From positions 1 to 54,555 of the IMG/VR virus record IMGVR_UViG_3300037153_000401: 54,555 nucleotides of DNA; one strand, given 5' to 3'. A program made the position numbers and the translations under genes. This document shows positions 33,944 through 43,675 of this stretch, piece by piece (the first letter of the stretch is position 1; every line of letters starts with the position of its first letter). This DNA comes from a virus. Its lineage: Duplodnaviria; Caudoviricetes. The notes beneath the pieces were generated by a model that saw nothing but the letters and a program-made list of their open reading frames with translations, had not been told where the DNA came from and did not search any database.

Positions 33944-36531
33944 TGAGCTGCGTCTCCTTCGGCTTTTAGCGCCCCTCGCCCATTCGGCGGTGGTCCTTGC
34001 GGCATCGGCGGCGCGCCCGCCATCTGCACCTGAGCAGCCTGCATCGCAATCGCCCCTTCTTGCATCCCGCCGAGTTGAAAATGTGTCTGAATTAGGAATT
34101 CAACGCCCTGCCGTAATGGCAACGGCGCGTCCTGTCCTTCGTCGGTGTCGAGCCAGGATTGGAACCACAGCGCTTTCCCCTTGTGATCCCTTTCCATCAT
34201 ACTGATTGGCGGCTGAATGGCCTGCAGCATCACCATCGGATCGGCCATCCCCATTTGTACCACCTGCTTCATCTGCTCGAGACGCTTACGACAGATTTGC
34301 GCGGTCACGTCGAACGTCACACCGCCAAGGAATCCTTGCACCTTGTAAAGCCGCTCAAGCCCGGCGACCAGCTCCGGCGCCTGTTGTTTCGCAATCAGAT
34401 AGTTAGCCATCCCGCCGAACAGCCCGATGAAAAAGGCATTCGCGTTATCGCGCTTCGTGACGCTGTTCTCCGGCAGTTCACTTTCCTTCGCGATCTCGTA
34501 ACGCAGGTCGGCCTCAAGATTCGCGGACGAAAGCCAGATGCCAGGCTGCTGCGAATGCTCGCCGCCGAGGGAGAAATAACGCTTGATCGGAAAATAAGTA
34601 CGGTAATTCTTTACGACATTCTCGGCGATACTCATCCGGCCGTCACCTTTGACCATCACGACGGGCAGAATCAGGGAGTTCGCGTTGGCGTCGGCAATCA
34701 TCGCTCCACGCGCCGTGTCGTTGCGCTGAGCCATGAGTCCGCCATTCGTGAAGTCCGTCGCGTGCGAAGTCGTAGCAAACGCCTGCGTCAAGAATTGCTG
34801 TACGTACTGAGTGAATCCGGCCGGCACGGAGCCTGGCGGCAATGACATGACGGCGTCGCGAAGGCTCTTCAGCTCAGGCAGTTTCGAGATGTCTACCGGG
34901 ATATTGGCGCGCGGATGGTTGATATAGCCCATATCATCGGAATCAACCATGTCCTTGTAATAAAAGACCGCCGGCGTCGCCATCGCGTCCATGTATTCGA
35001 GTTGTTGCGAGTCGAGCTTGTTGATGCGCTTTTGGACTTCGACCATATCCTGACCGCCGCGTCCGGCTCCGGACATCGGCCGCATATGCCAAACGGTTGA
35101 GGTGATGTGGTCGCAGTGTTTCTCGGCATAAACACCGAGAACTAGCGACATCCCATTGAGCCCCACCGCGACCAACCCATCGGGGAATAGGTCCGTCAGC
35201 TTTCCGCCTCGCGGCAATGGCGCGCCCTGTCCTTGCGCCGATGCCACGGTTTGCTCATCGCCCTTCAGATCAATATCAGCGTAATCGTCAGGCGAGAGCC
35301 ACATCTCGCAGAGGTTGACCTTGTCTTGACTCAAGAAGCTACGGCGGCGACGTCCGCCGGCGTGGCCGTCCGTCGCCTGACCGATGTAGGCCAAATTTTG
35401 CGAGACGTCGAGGCCAAGGTCCTGGTCGCCCGCATTGCCGGGAATCTGGACGCGCCCGAGCAGCCGGCGAATAGCGCCGACGGGAATCTTCTGTTGATGC
35501 AGAAACCAAGTAGACTTCTCGGCGCGCGCATTCAGATCCCAACGGCAAGCCGGGAACAGTAATTGGTCCAGGCAGAGGTCGCCGAGCTGCACCTGTTCCT
35601 GACCGACGACGGTCGGCATTGTCTCTGTCGCTGGCGGCTCAACGAGCGCGTATTCGCTCCCACAGCGCGGGCAAGCGGTTGCCGACCGTGGTCCGGCTGG
35701 CGTATCAACTGCGCCAGTGAACTGATCCGCAGTACCCGCGTATCCACAATCACCGCAGTACCCAGAGCCTTCGCCGAGCGTGACATCCCGATTCTCGACA
35801 ATCTCCCGTAAGCCGATCACGCCTTGAATCCCTGGGTCGTAGCGCAGGCGATTCAGCGACGTCCCGAACGTCAGAATCTGCAACGCTTCCTGCAAGTGAG
35901 GCCACGGCTTGAAGAATTCATTTTCGTAATGGTCGACAATAATCCCGCCAGCCTTCGACGCGGCTTCGCTCTGATCGGTGTCGCGCCCGGGCCTGACGAC
36001 CACATCGGGATTGCTTTGAACATACTTGACAATGCAGTTCGTCACGTAGAACTGCATCATATTCAGCGCCCGCTTGGCGCTGTTATCTTCCTGCGGCGGC
36101 TTGATAACAAGCCATCCGCCTGTCCACGGGTTGCGCTCAAGGATCTGATCGCCCTGAAGGAAGCGCGCGACCAGATCACCGGCGTTGATCATTTCCCGCC
36201 AGACCAGCTTTTCAATATTCCAGAAGTGCTTGAACCTCTCCTTTAATGCATCGCAAAAATAATGCGAGCCGCCCGGCTGCTCTCTGAGATTGAGCAACGG
36301 TTGCAACGGCGCATAATTTACGCCCGGCCGAACTGGAATTATTTGCGAGTAACCACCCTCCTTCTTCTCTGGTGGTTGAACGTCAGCGCTATCTGGTATC
36401 AGTGATGGTAAATTTGCCCTAGATACCGCAGCGCTCGGATACGACATGGCGGACTGCGCATGCTGATAATTAGGCTGCCTGATCAAAGCCCCCATGTCTC
36501 CCGCCTGCGGTTGTAGCACGTTTCTGGCCAT
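33940..36531 (-). CDS. Portal protein (large, P22-like)
   Basis: 863 aa between terminase and scaffold; DMVEVQKRINKLDSQ...P and DTARG motifs; Gln/Pro-rich tail. Confidence 0.8.
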   Translation of the reverse strand: MARNVLQPQAGDMGALIRQPNYQHAQSAMSYPSAAVSRANLPSLIPDSADVQPPEKKEGGYSQIIPVRPGVNYAPLQPLLNLREQPGGSHYFCDALKERFKHFWNIEKLVWREMINAGDLVARFLQGDQILERNPWTGGWLVIKPPQEDNSAKRALNMMQFYVTNCIVKYVQSNPDVVVRPGRDTDQSEAASKAGGIIVDHYENEFFKPWPHLQEALQILTFGTSLNRLRYDPGIQGVIGLREIVENRDVTLGEGSGYCGDCGYAGTADQFTGAVDTPAGPRSATACPRCGSEYALVEPPATETMPTVVGQEQVQLGDLCLDQLLFPACRWDLNARAEKSTWFLHQQKIPVGAIRRLLGRVQIPGNAGDQDLGLDVSQNLAYIGQATDGHAGGRRRRSFLSQDKVNLCEMWLSPDDYADIDLKGDEQTVASAQGQGAPLPRGGKLTDLFPDGLVAVGLNGMSLVLGVYAEKHCDHITSTVWHMRPMSGAGRGGQDMVEVQKRINKLDSQQLEYMDAMATPAVFYYKDMVDSDDMGYINHPRANIPVDISKLPELKSLRDAVMSLPPGSVPAGFTQYVQQFLTQAFATTSHATDFTNGGLMAQRNDTARGAMIADANANSLILPVVMVKGDGRMSIAENVVKNYRTYFPIKRYFSLGGEHSQQPGIWLSSANLEADLRYEIAKESELPENSVTKRDNANAFFIGLFGGMANYLIAKQQAPELVAGLERLYKVQGFLGGVTFDVTAQICRKRLEQMKQVVQMGMADPMVMLQAIQPPISMMERDHKGKALWFQSWLDTDEGQDAPLPLRQGVEFLIQTHFQLGGMQEGAIAMQAAQVQMAGAPPMPQGPPPNGRGALKAEGDAAQ

Positions 36532-36533
36532 GG

Positions 36534-36914
36534 TTAATCAGGCAGTACGAAGTCTTCTTCCACCTGCGGGGTCACGCTCTCACCACGCCGCAGCCGGCTG
36601 AGCATCAGGTCAATCTCAGTCGGCGTCTTGCCCAGCCTCAGTCCCTCAAGGCGCACGGCTTCCAGGTAGGCTTCCGCCACTGGTGACGGTTCCGGCGCCT
36701 GCGGCTTCGTCTCTTCTCGCCGCTTCGGCTGCGTGACCCCTTTCGGAAGGCCGAAGCAGCCGGCGGCGGTAAGAACGCGATCCGTGAGCGCCAACATGAT
36801 TCGCTCTGTCTTCGCCCGCTCTTCGCGCAGCTCGGCCTCAAGCTCGAATAATCGAGCCTTCAGGTCCTTGTTTTCGCGAAGCATTCGGCGAAGATTGAGA
36901 AGACGAAAAAGCAT
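36534..36914 (-). CDS. Hypothetical protein
   Basis: Coiled-coil ORF abutting portal. Confidence 0.6.
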   Translation of the reverse strand: MLFRLLNLRRMLRENKDLKARLFELEAELREERAKTERIMLALTDRVLTAAGCFGLPKGVTQPKRREETKPQAPEPSPVAEAYLEAVRLEGLRLGKTPTEIDLMLSRLRRGESVTPQVEEDFVLPD

Positions 36915-37225
36915 TACTGGATCATCTGATGGCGCTCTTGAGTCGAGCCCGCTTGCGTCAGATCAAGCAATCCCTGCACCGTGGTAAGGGGGGCGATCAG
37001 CGCGTCGGTCAGCTCCGACGAATACGAGCCGAGATCAACGGCGCGCTGGAAACGATGTTGATTCGGCGCCTGGTCGGCGTGTCCGCCGGCCATTAGGGCG
37101 CGAACGCCCGCGACCGTATCAGCCGCCGCGACATTCGTATTAGTCAGATATCCTTCGTCCTGCGCGGCTCGAAGGTTGCCGCCGATTTCACTCGACAGCC
37201 TAAGTTGATCAGCGTGTAAAGCCAT
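36914..37225 (-). CDS. Hypothetical protein
   Basis: SD AAGGAG, overlaps next start. Confidence 0.6.
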   Translation of the reverse strand: MALHADQLRLSSEIGGNLRAAQDEGYLTNTNVAAADTVAGVRALMAGGHADQAPNQHRFQRAVDLGSYSSELTDALIAPLTTVQGLLDLTQAGSTQERHQMIQ

Positions 37226-37271
37226 AGTAAACGCTCCTTTGCGTTAGACGAACGGTGGACAGATCCGCCGA

Positions 37272-38027
37272 TTACCAACCGGTGCTGATAACCGAATACC
37301 AGACCTTGACGCGCACGACATTATCATTCGCCGCGTTGCCGGCAATCTCAGCGCCTGACGTATTGTGAAGCACAAGCCCTTTATTTTCGACGCCCGCTTT
37401 CGCCACGATGCCGTCAATCACGGGAATAGCGCCCGTAGCCGTATCCGCCGACTGGTCAATGAAGCCGGTCGTCTCGATCGTTCCCGACACGACGACGCCC
37501 GAGCCGTCCGTATAGCGGATGGCGAGGTTGTTTGTCGATTCAGTGAAAACGTTCGAGCCGCCGTAATCGAGCAACAATTCAGCTCCGAGAAGCCGAACAA
37601 TCGTTCCCGCCCCCTGCGCCTGAACCAATGTAATCGGCGTGGCGCGAATAGCCTTCACCTGCGCTGCCGTCAGCGAAATTTCGGCGATGAAAACTGTTTG
37701 CTGTGGCGCGATGTTGTACCAACTCCCGACGCCATCGGAAACAAATTCCATCGACTGGCCTTGCTGGCGTAGAACAGACCCGCCCACGATCGAGCCCGCG
37801 GCGGCCGAAATCGTCACCGGAAATGAACTGGCGTCCGTCTTGACGACGCGAACACGTCCAGCGCCTATCGGCGAGGTGAGCGGCGAGCGCCCGATAGGCG
37901 TCGGCAAAGTAACGGTCACGGCGCCGCCGGAGGCGTCAATCAAAATCAAATCGTCGGCGTCTGCGACCGTGTAGTTCGAGGTCTTCGCCACGATCTGTTC
38001 ATAAACGGAACCAAACTTATTTCCCAT
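37272..38027 (-). CDS. Virion structural/fibre-like protein
   Basis: KTSNYTV..DDLILIDASGGAVTVTLP motif typical of phage fibre/decoration proteins; SD AGGAGG. Confidence 0.65.
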   Translation of the reverse strand: MGNKFGSVYEQIVAKTSNYTVADADDLILIDASGGAVTVTLPTPIGRSPLTSPIGAGRVRVVKTDASSFPVTISAAAGSIVGGSVLRQQGQSMEFVSDGVGSWYNIAPQQTVFIAEISLTAAQVKAIRATPITLVQAQGAGTIVRLLGAELLLDYGGSNVFTESTNNLAIRYTDGSGVVVSGTIETTGFIDQSADTATGAIPVIDGIVAKAGVENKGLVLHNTSGAEIAGNAANDNVVRVKVWYSVISTGW

Positions 38028-38066
38028 AAATCCTCCTAGTTAATCGAAACGGTCGTAACTGGCGAG

Positions 38067-38483
38067 CTATTTCTTCGCCCTGGCCCGCGTCGGCTTCGGC
38101 GCAGGTTCTTGCGCGGGCGCCGACGGCTCCGCGCCTGAGTTATCCGGCGCGTCGGTCCCGCTTTGGCCTTCAATGGGAACGTCGTCGCCGCATTCAGGCG
38201 CAACAACCTCTTCGCCGGCCGGCGCAGGCGTCTCGCTCGCGGGTGCTGGCGGCGCCTCAGGTATAGGCGTGACCGGTGAAACAGCCCGCGGCGGATTCAG
38301 AATGCGATACGCCTCGCAGTCGAAATCGTCTTCGAGGCGACCAGTCTTCGCCACGCTCTCGACCTTGTAAGCGAGGCGCAATCTGTGCTCGTGCGAGCAC
38401 TTTACAAACAGTGGATCATCGTCAGTCTTGACCCGGTCCCAGGCCTGCCCGGCGATATTTAATGCTTCTTGATGTGTCATCAT
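38067..38483 (-). CDS. Hypothetical protein
   Basis: SD AGGA; Pro/Ala-rich tail. Confidence 0.6.
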   Translation of the reverse strand: MMTHQEALNIAGQAWDRVKTDDDPLFVKCSHEHRLRLAYKVESVAKTGRLEDDFDCEAYRILNPPRAVSPVTPIPEAPPAPASETPAPAGEEVVAPECGDDVPIEGQSGTDAPDNSGAEPSAPAQEPAPKPTRARAKK

Positions 38484-38585
38484 CGATTCCTATAGTTATG
38501 AAGAAAACGCGCTGCTCGCGCGCAATAAAGTGAATAGCGCCAGGAATGGCCGGCGGATCTGGCGCGGAGAATATTGCGAATGAAT

Positions 38586-40283
38586 TCAATCAATCCGCCT
38601 CCCAAATTCATCGAAACGTTGAATCGCGGGTTTTACCTGCTTCTTCGCGCGCTGCCTGGCCAGCACGTACGCTAATTCGGCTTCCGGCGTCAGCCCTTCA
38701 CCAAACGGCGCGCGCTCGCGTAGATCTTCATATCTTTGGCCTTCCGGAATACGGTCCTCCACTTTTTCATGAAGTGTCATCGCCTTGGCCGCCGGGAACC
38801 ATCGCGCCGCAATCCCGCGCTGGGCATCCATAAAGTGATTAAAATGGTCGAAAGGCAGAATCCGATTCGAGCCTTTGCTCTCCGTGACCTTCTGCTCGAT
38901 ATACTTGTACTCGCGGAATTCAGCGCGCAGCATAGCTAAGCCTTCGTCGCCTTTCGGGTTGATCATCTGATCATCCGGCACGATAACGTAATAGTTCGGC
39001 CGGCCCTGGAGCCACGACTTGAACGGATGCGGCTTGTCGAGATCTCGCAGTTTTAAAGCGTGCTGCATCTGCGCAATCCCGCCGTGCGCATCCGGCTTCC
39101 ATTTCGAGAACGCCAGACCGCTTTTGATCCGGTAGGTTTCCTGTTGTGAGCTGGCTTCGTGCGACATCACGCGATACTGAATACGGCTCGCCCAGCCGTT
39201 CTCGGCCTCAATCAGCTTGATCTTCTCGCCGACATGATCGGGGATCTCGCCCTGAGACGTCAGGATCTGCGGCACGAAGATCGAGCCAGATAACGGAACG
39301 CCATCAACCTTTGGCGAGTTCTCAGCCGCGACGAAGTTCCAAATAGTCGCACATGGATCCGGATCGAAGCCCCAATCCTGGCCGCAGGCGCCGAGCCAGT
39401 GCAAAGGAATCCGCCGCTCGCCGAATACGCTCGCAAATTGCGACCAGGTAATGACGTGATGCGAGTCTGGGCCGTCTGTCCAAGCCTTGTAGATATTGCC
39501 CTGCGGCCTGATCCGCCAGTCGCCGCGGCGCAGTTGCGCGCGCGTGACCTCGTCAAGCTCCGCAAGCGATCGCTCGTAAGTCGCCTGATCGAGAAAGGGA
39601 TTATCTTCGAGCCTCGCCGGCACGAAGGCGCGACCCTGTTTCTCGTGAACGCGTAGCGCTTCAGCGTCTTCCGGCTGCCAGTCGTCGGGAATGAATCGCT
39701 CGTATACCCAATCGGCGCCGATTCCTCCCGGGTTTGACGCGCTGCGCATCCGGATCGGCACGTCAGTCTCCGCGAGACGTCGCAGGCGCGAAAACAAATA
39801 AGTGTACTGCCGCGCCGTAAACTGCGTCAGTTCGTCGAAGGCGACGAACTGATATTCGGCCGATTGGTACTGGTAAACGTCAGCGTCGTTTTCCAAGTAC
39901 CCAAACGCCAGCACGGCGCGACTCGGAAAGCGCCATTGCTTTCGCTGATCATTCCACTGCGCGCCGGAGCCTTGCAGCCATTCGCGTGAGCGATCGAGAA
40001 GCGCCCCGGGCTTCGCCAGGTCTTGAAACGTACGCCGCAGAATCAGGGCCGAATACTTCGGGACGTCGGCGTATTGCAACCCCGCCATCAAGAGAGCGTC
40101 CGATTTCCCACCGCCGGCGCTGCCGCCATAAAACGCTTCAAGGTGCGGCAGATCGAGAAAGAGCCGCTGGCGATCCGTCGGCTCGTGCGGCGAGTATGGG
40201 CTCGTGCGGGCCTCAATCGAGAGCAGCGTCTCCAACTCGCGCGCCTCAGCCTCGGTGAGTTTTGAGAGATCAAGCCGACTCAA
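38586..40283 (-). CDS. terL: Terminase large subunit
   Basis: Walker A YGGSAGGGKS, Walker B FDELTQF, SNPGG, RNase H-like QDWGF and HFMDA. Confidence 0.92.
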   Translation of the reverse strand: MSRLDLSKLTEAEARELETLLSIEARTSPYSPHEPTDRQRLFLDLPHLEAFYGGSAGGGKSDALLMAGLQYADVPKYSALILRRTFQDLAKPGALLDRSREWLQGSGAQWNDQRKQWRFPSRAVLAFGYLENDADVYQYQSAEYQFVAFDELTQFTARQYTYLFSRLRRLAETDVPIRMRSASNPGGIGADWVYERFIPDDWQPEDAEALRVHEKQGRAFVPARLEDNPFLDQATYERSLAELDEVTRAQLRRGDWRIRPQGNIYKAWTDGPDSHHVITWSQFASVFGERRIPLHWLGACGQDWGFDPDPCATIWNFVAAENSPKVDGVPLSGSIFVPQILTSQGEIPDHVGEKIKLIEAENGWASRIQYRVMSHEASSQQETYRIKSGLAFSKWKPDAHGGIAQMQHALKLRDLDKPHPFKSWLQGRPNYYVIVPDDQMINPKGDEGLAMLRAEFREYKYIEQKVTESKGSNRILPFDHFNHFMDAQRGIAARWFPAAKAMTLHEKVEDRIPEGQRYEDLRERAPFGEGLTPEAELAYVLARQRAKKQVKPAIQRFDEFGRRID

Positions 40284-40696
40284 GCAACCTTCGCCTTTTC
40301 CACCAGTTCAAGAATTCGCTCGCGCCGGCGCTCCGGCGAGGCGTGCGTCACGTCTTTGGAGATCGTGTTGGGCTCGCCGCGCAGCAGAAGCAGCTTGTCA
40401 ATGAATGCGGCGGTCTCGATGCCGGAGATCTTCGAGGGATCAGCCTTTTTCTGCTCGAGCGAGGCGACGACGGTCTCTTCGAGCAATTCCGCGAGATCCG
40501 CTTTTTTTTCGTGTCGACTTTCCGACACGTCAGTATTAACTCGCCCCTGCGCCCATTCTCGGAGAGTGATACGAGGGATACCGAGTTTTCGCGCAGCCTT
40601 CAACTCGTTGCCCCCGCAGAAATCGAGGATCACGAGCGCGGAGGCTTTCTCCTTATCCGAGTAATTGCGCTGTTTGCGTTTCTTTGGCGCGGCCAT
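40280..40696 (-). CDS. terS: Terminase small subunit (HTH)
   Basis: YSDKEK...KAARKLGIPRITLREW HTH directly upstream of and overlapping terL. Confidence 0.7.
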   Translation of the reverse strand: MAAPKKRKQRNYSDKEKASALVILDFCGGNELKAARKLGIPRITLREWAQGRVNTDVSESRHEKKADLAELLEETVVASLEQKKADPSKISGIETAAFIDKLLLLRGEPNTISKDVTHASPERRRERILELVEKAKVA

Positions 40697-40703
40697 TCGA
40701 TAC

Positions 40704-40928
40704 TCAGGACAACTCGACCGTAATCTGGACCGTCGCGCCGATCGGCGGATCGCCAAGGTCGGCAGCGCGCAAGGTTACGCTGAAGTGCGGCATGAATTCG
40801 TATTTGCCAGACTCATCCATAGCTTGCGGAATATACGACGAAGATGTCTGTAGGGAGAGAATGACCTCATTATTCGGATCGAGGAATTTCGAGGCGACGA
40901 TGCCTTTAAGAATAATCGGTTGATTCAT
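40704..40928 (-). CDS. Hypothetical protein
   Basis: SD AAGGA. Confidence 0.55.
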   Translation of the reverse strand: MNQPIILKGIVASKFLDPNNEVILSLQTSSSYIPQAMDESGKYEFMPHFSVTLRAADLGDPPIGATVQITVELS

Positions 40929-40977
40929 TTGACTCGTCCTTTTCCGTTGAATTCAATTACGCGCCGGAGGCGTCGCT

Positions 40978-41271
40978 CTATTTCTCGCCATCGATAGTCG
41001 GGCATCCTCGGGCGTCGAAGACTTTATATTCCGCGATCTCGCGGCCAAGGGCCTTGAGCTGATCAAGGGAAGCCGCCGAAGAGTTCGCGCGTAAGGCTTC
41101 GGCTTCGAGATCCTTCGCGATCCGGAGCGCGTTTGCGATCGCCTCACAACCGCTCTCCACCTCGTCCCATGACTGCGCGTGAGCGACGGCCTGGCTCAAG
41201 GTGTGAAGCACGAAGCGCTTGGCCTTCGGTTCGTAAGAATGCGGAGCCTGCAGCGTCACTTCCGTCATCAA
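40978..41271 (-). CDS. Hypothetical protein
   Basis: Abuts the holin-like gene. Confidence 0.5.
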   Translation of the reverse strand: MMTEVTLQAPHSYEPKAKRFVLHTLSQAVAHAQSWDEVESGCEAIANALRIAKDLEAEALRANSSAASLDQLKALGREIAEYKVFDARGCPTIDGEK

Positions 41272-41502
41272 CTATTTCTTCGTCGGATCGAAGGCGACCT
41301 GGCTCACCCCAAGCGGGCTCTGCTTGAGATAGGCGACCACCGTCGTGAGCGCGGCGCCGCCGGCCGCCACGCCGATCGTCTTGAGACCAACCGGCGTTCC
41401 CGTCAGCGTCAGAGCCGTGGTCGTTACCACGCTATTCACCGCGGCCCCGGTGATAGCCGCGAGCAGCCCCTTGCCCCACGATTTCCAATCAAAACTACCC
41501 AT
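41272..41502 (-). CDS. Holin-like small membrane protein
   Basis: 76 aa, two hydrophobic segments, YLKQSPL, adjacent to endolysin. Confidence 0.6.
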   Translation of the reverse strand: MGSFDWKSWGKGLLAAITGAAVNSVVTTTALTLTGTPVGLKTIGVAAGGAALTTVVAYLKQSPLGVSQVAFDPTKK

Positions 41503-41995
41503 GGTGTTCTCCTTTTACGGCCGAAAGGAATAATTCCCTCTCGGCCGATCTGCGTTTGACGAGACCCGGAAGCCTTCGGCCGCCGGCCTTCGTCCACTTC
41601 AAAAACTCTTCAGCCGCCGCCTCCGCGGCCCCGACGTTCAGCAGCCTGAGCAGCGTGGAACTCTTCAATGCGTTCGCGCCGAGGTTATAGACGAACGACA
41701 CAAGCGCATCGAACTGATTCTGATTGAGCGGGACCTTGACGAAAGCGTTCACCGCGGATTCGAACGCCCGCGCGTCCTCGGCAATCCACGCATCGGCCTG
41801 TGCCTGCGTGATCGGCGCGCCGACGGTCATCTCGGCGACGCCATGGCCGGTTGTGCCGTAACCGGCGGTTTTGATCCCAACGGTGTCCAAATAAACTTCG
41901 AGCCTGAGGCCTTCGAAGCGCTTGATCAGATCAAGCCCCTTCGGGCTGATTCGGAGAGTCGTGGCTTTGGTCTCGTTATCGCTTGTCTCAGCCAT
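41495..41995 (-). CDS. Endolysin, GH24 phage lysozyme
   Basis: FEGLRLEVYLDTVGIKTAGYG (E-x8-D-x5-T), NQNQFDALVSFVYNLG, GLVKRRSAERELF. Confidence 0.95.
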   Translation of the reverse strand: MAETSDNETKATTLRISPKGLDLIKRFEGLRLEVYLDTVGIKTAGYGTTGHGVAEMTVGAPITQAQADAWIAEDARAFESAVNAFVKVPLNQNQFDALVSFVYNLGANALKSSTLLRLLNVGAAEAAAEEFLKWTKAGGRRLPGLVKRRSAERELFLSAVKGEHHG

Positions 41996-42000
41996 GCGAA

Positions 42001-42216
42001 TTAAGCGCCCCAGTCCGGCCCCGGCGGATCAATCAGCCCATTCACCAGGTGAACGGAACCGCCCGACGACGGCGCCACGATCGCGCGCAGCGACGCGACC
42101 TCGACCGTGAGCGCCTCGATCCGCTCGCGCAATTCGGCGATTTCACGCCGCTGCGCGCCGGGTTCGGGCGGTTTTCTTTTCACCTGCCTGGGCTTTGATT
42201 TAACCGATTTCTTCAT
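42001..42216 (-). CDS. Small hypothetical protein
   Basis: ATGA overlap at 42213-42216; coiled coil. Confidence 0.5.
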   Translation of the reverse strand: MKKSVKSKPRQVKRKPPEPGAQRREIAELRERIEALTVEVASLRAIVAPSSGGSVHLVNGLIDPPGPDWGA

Positions 42217-42572
42217 TGCAATTCGGTCGGCCTGCTCGAATGCGATAAGGCCTGTGTCCCACTGGCCGGACGTGGGATGAATTCGTAATGCCCGCAAAGG
42301 CTCGCGGTGTTCTCTCTGTTCCCTGCTCCGTTGTCCGATCTCACCCGCACCGTCGAGTCGTACCAGACCTTCAGGCTGCCGTCGGCGCAAAAGACCAATC
42401 TCATGCCGTTGTAACTGATCTCACCTGTGATCGGGGCTCCGTCCATGGCCTTCAGCTCCAGCCGCTTATATTGAATCCCGGCCGCTCGCGCCTCGAAGCG
42501 GTGTCTGGCCTCCTGCGGGCTATATTGGCCGTCGAGCGTGACGATCTCGGTGTCGGTAATCACGGGGCTCAA
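42213..42572 (-). CDS. Hypothetical protein
   Basis: Overlaps both neighbours. Confidence 0.5.
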   Translation of the reverse strand: MSPVITDTEIVTLDGQYSPQEARHRFEARAAGIQYKRLELKAMDGAPITGEISYNGMRLVFCADGSLKVWYDSTVRVRSDNGAGNRENTASLCGHYEFIPRPASGTQALSHSSRPTELQ

Positions 42573-42814
42573 TCATCATCGCGAGGTTGACTGCGACGCC
42601 TGTCTCCGCTCTTTTCAGCATTGCCGACGTGAAAATGGCCGCAAAATTTGCAACGGTACGCTCCCAGAAACCATCCGGCGATCTTGATTGCCGCGCGCCG
42701 AACCTTGAACCGCTTGACCTCGGCCTGCGCCTGACTATAGGTGAGAAAGCAACTTTTTCCGCTCCTGCAGCCGCAGTTATACTTATCGCCCACCGGAGGC
42801 CGCCTTCCAACCAC
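42569..42814 (-). CDS. Small zinc-finger protein
   Basis: CRSGKSCF...AYRCKFCGHFHVG. Confidence 0.65.
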   Translation of the reverse strand: MVGRRPPVGDKYNCGCRSGKSCFLTYSQAQAEVKRFKVRRAAIKIAGWFLGAYRCKFCGHFHVGNAEKSGDRRRSQPRDDD

Positions 42815-43130
42815 CCCGATCCACGCCGTAAGTCTCCAGGATCTCGCGCTGGCGCCGGACCGGGTCGGCTAAGTACCGCGGGTCCTTGATCGCGTCAGAC
42901 TCCTTCGGCCAGGTCGAGGGAATGGAGACTTCGATTCCCCGCTCGCGATCGCGCAGGAGATGCTTCCCGGCTTCCCATACAACATCGACGCCGCAGCGTG
43001 GCTGCGCGACGCGCTTGCTGACGCGCACGGTCAGCTTCTGGCGAAGGTACGCGCCCCATTCAGCGTTCGGCACGAGCCACCGCAGCTCGCGGAATTCGAT
43101 GTAACGTTGTTCCCTGCGACGCGTAGCCAT
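42783..43130 (-). CDS. Hypothetical protein with Arg-rich N-terminus
   Basis: ATG 43130 immediately after hairpin element C; MATRRREQR. Confidence 0.55.
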   Translation of the reverse strand: MATRRREQRYIEFRELRWLVPNAEWGAYLRQKLTVRVSKRVAQPRCGVDVVWEAGKHLLRDRERGIEVSIPSTWPKESDAIKDPRYLADPVRRQREILETYGVDRGGWKAASGGR

Positions 43131-43227
43131 AAAAAGAAAAAGCTCCGCCGGAAACGCGCGCCACAAAGCACCTCGCGGCGCGCCATCCAACGGAGCTCGA
43201 CTCCTCGAAGGAGAGAAAAACGAGGAG
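43131..43227 (-). promoter_or_regulatory. Tandem-hairpin RNA element C with U-tract
   Basis: CTCCTCG/CGAGGAG hairpin, then a 24-bp interrupted hairpin (43141-43197, 5 G:U on minus strand), TTTTCTTTTT, ATG. Confidence 0.65.
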
Positions 43228-43329
43228 GAGCACACCCTTTTGAATTGTAGCTTCGGCCCCCGGCGCGTTGCGTCCCTGCCGTTCGTGTGCTCCCGTACTA
43301 TCGAACGGCGCATCACCAGGGGCCGAAAA

Positions 43330-43611
43330 TCAAACCTTCGCCTTCAACTCGTTCTTTAGTTCCTTGAACTCGGCCCGAGTCTCGGCGCGAAATTCCCTAA
43401 CCAACAAATCAACCTTGTTAAACGCCTGCTCGAATTCGGCGCGAGTCATACGCCCGGCTAGGTCTTTTTCCAGCAAGTCGAGGCGCTTCACCGCATCCTT
43501 GAACTCGGATTTACTGATCTTGGTTACTGAACTGGCGAGCCATCCGACAGCGGCGGACACGCTCGCGGTTATGATGGTTTCACTGAGCGGCATAGATTCA
43601 GTTTGCTGCAT
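43330..43611 (-). CDS. Single-TM plus coiled-coil protein (holin-like, lysis module)
   Basis: IITASVSAAVGWLA followed by heptad repeats. Confidence 0.55.
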   Translation of the reverse strand: MQQTESMPLSETIITASVSAAVGWLASSVTKISKSEFKDAVKRLDLLEKDLAGRMTRAEFEQAFNKVDLLVREFRAETRAEFKELKNELKAKV

Positions 43612-43675
43612 TTCCGCACCTACGCGGGGGATAGGTAAGCCTGGGGGCCGGAACTTGCGACAATGCTCAGCAGCT

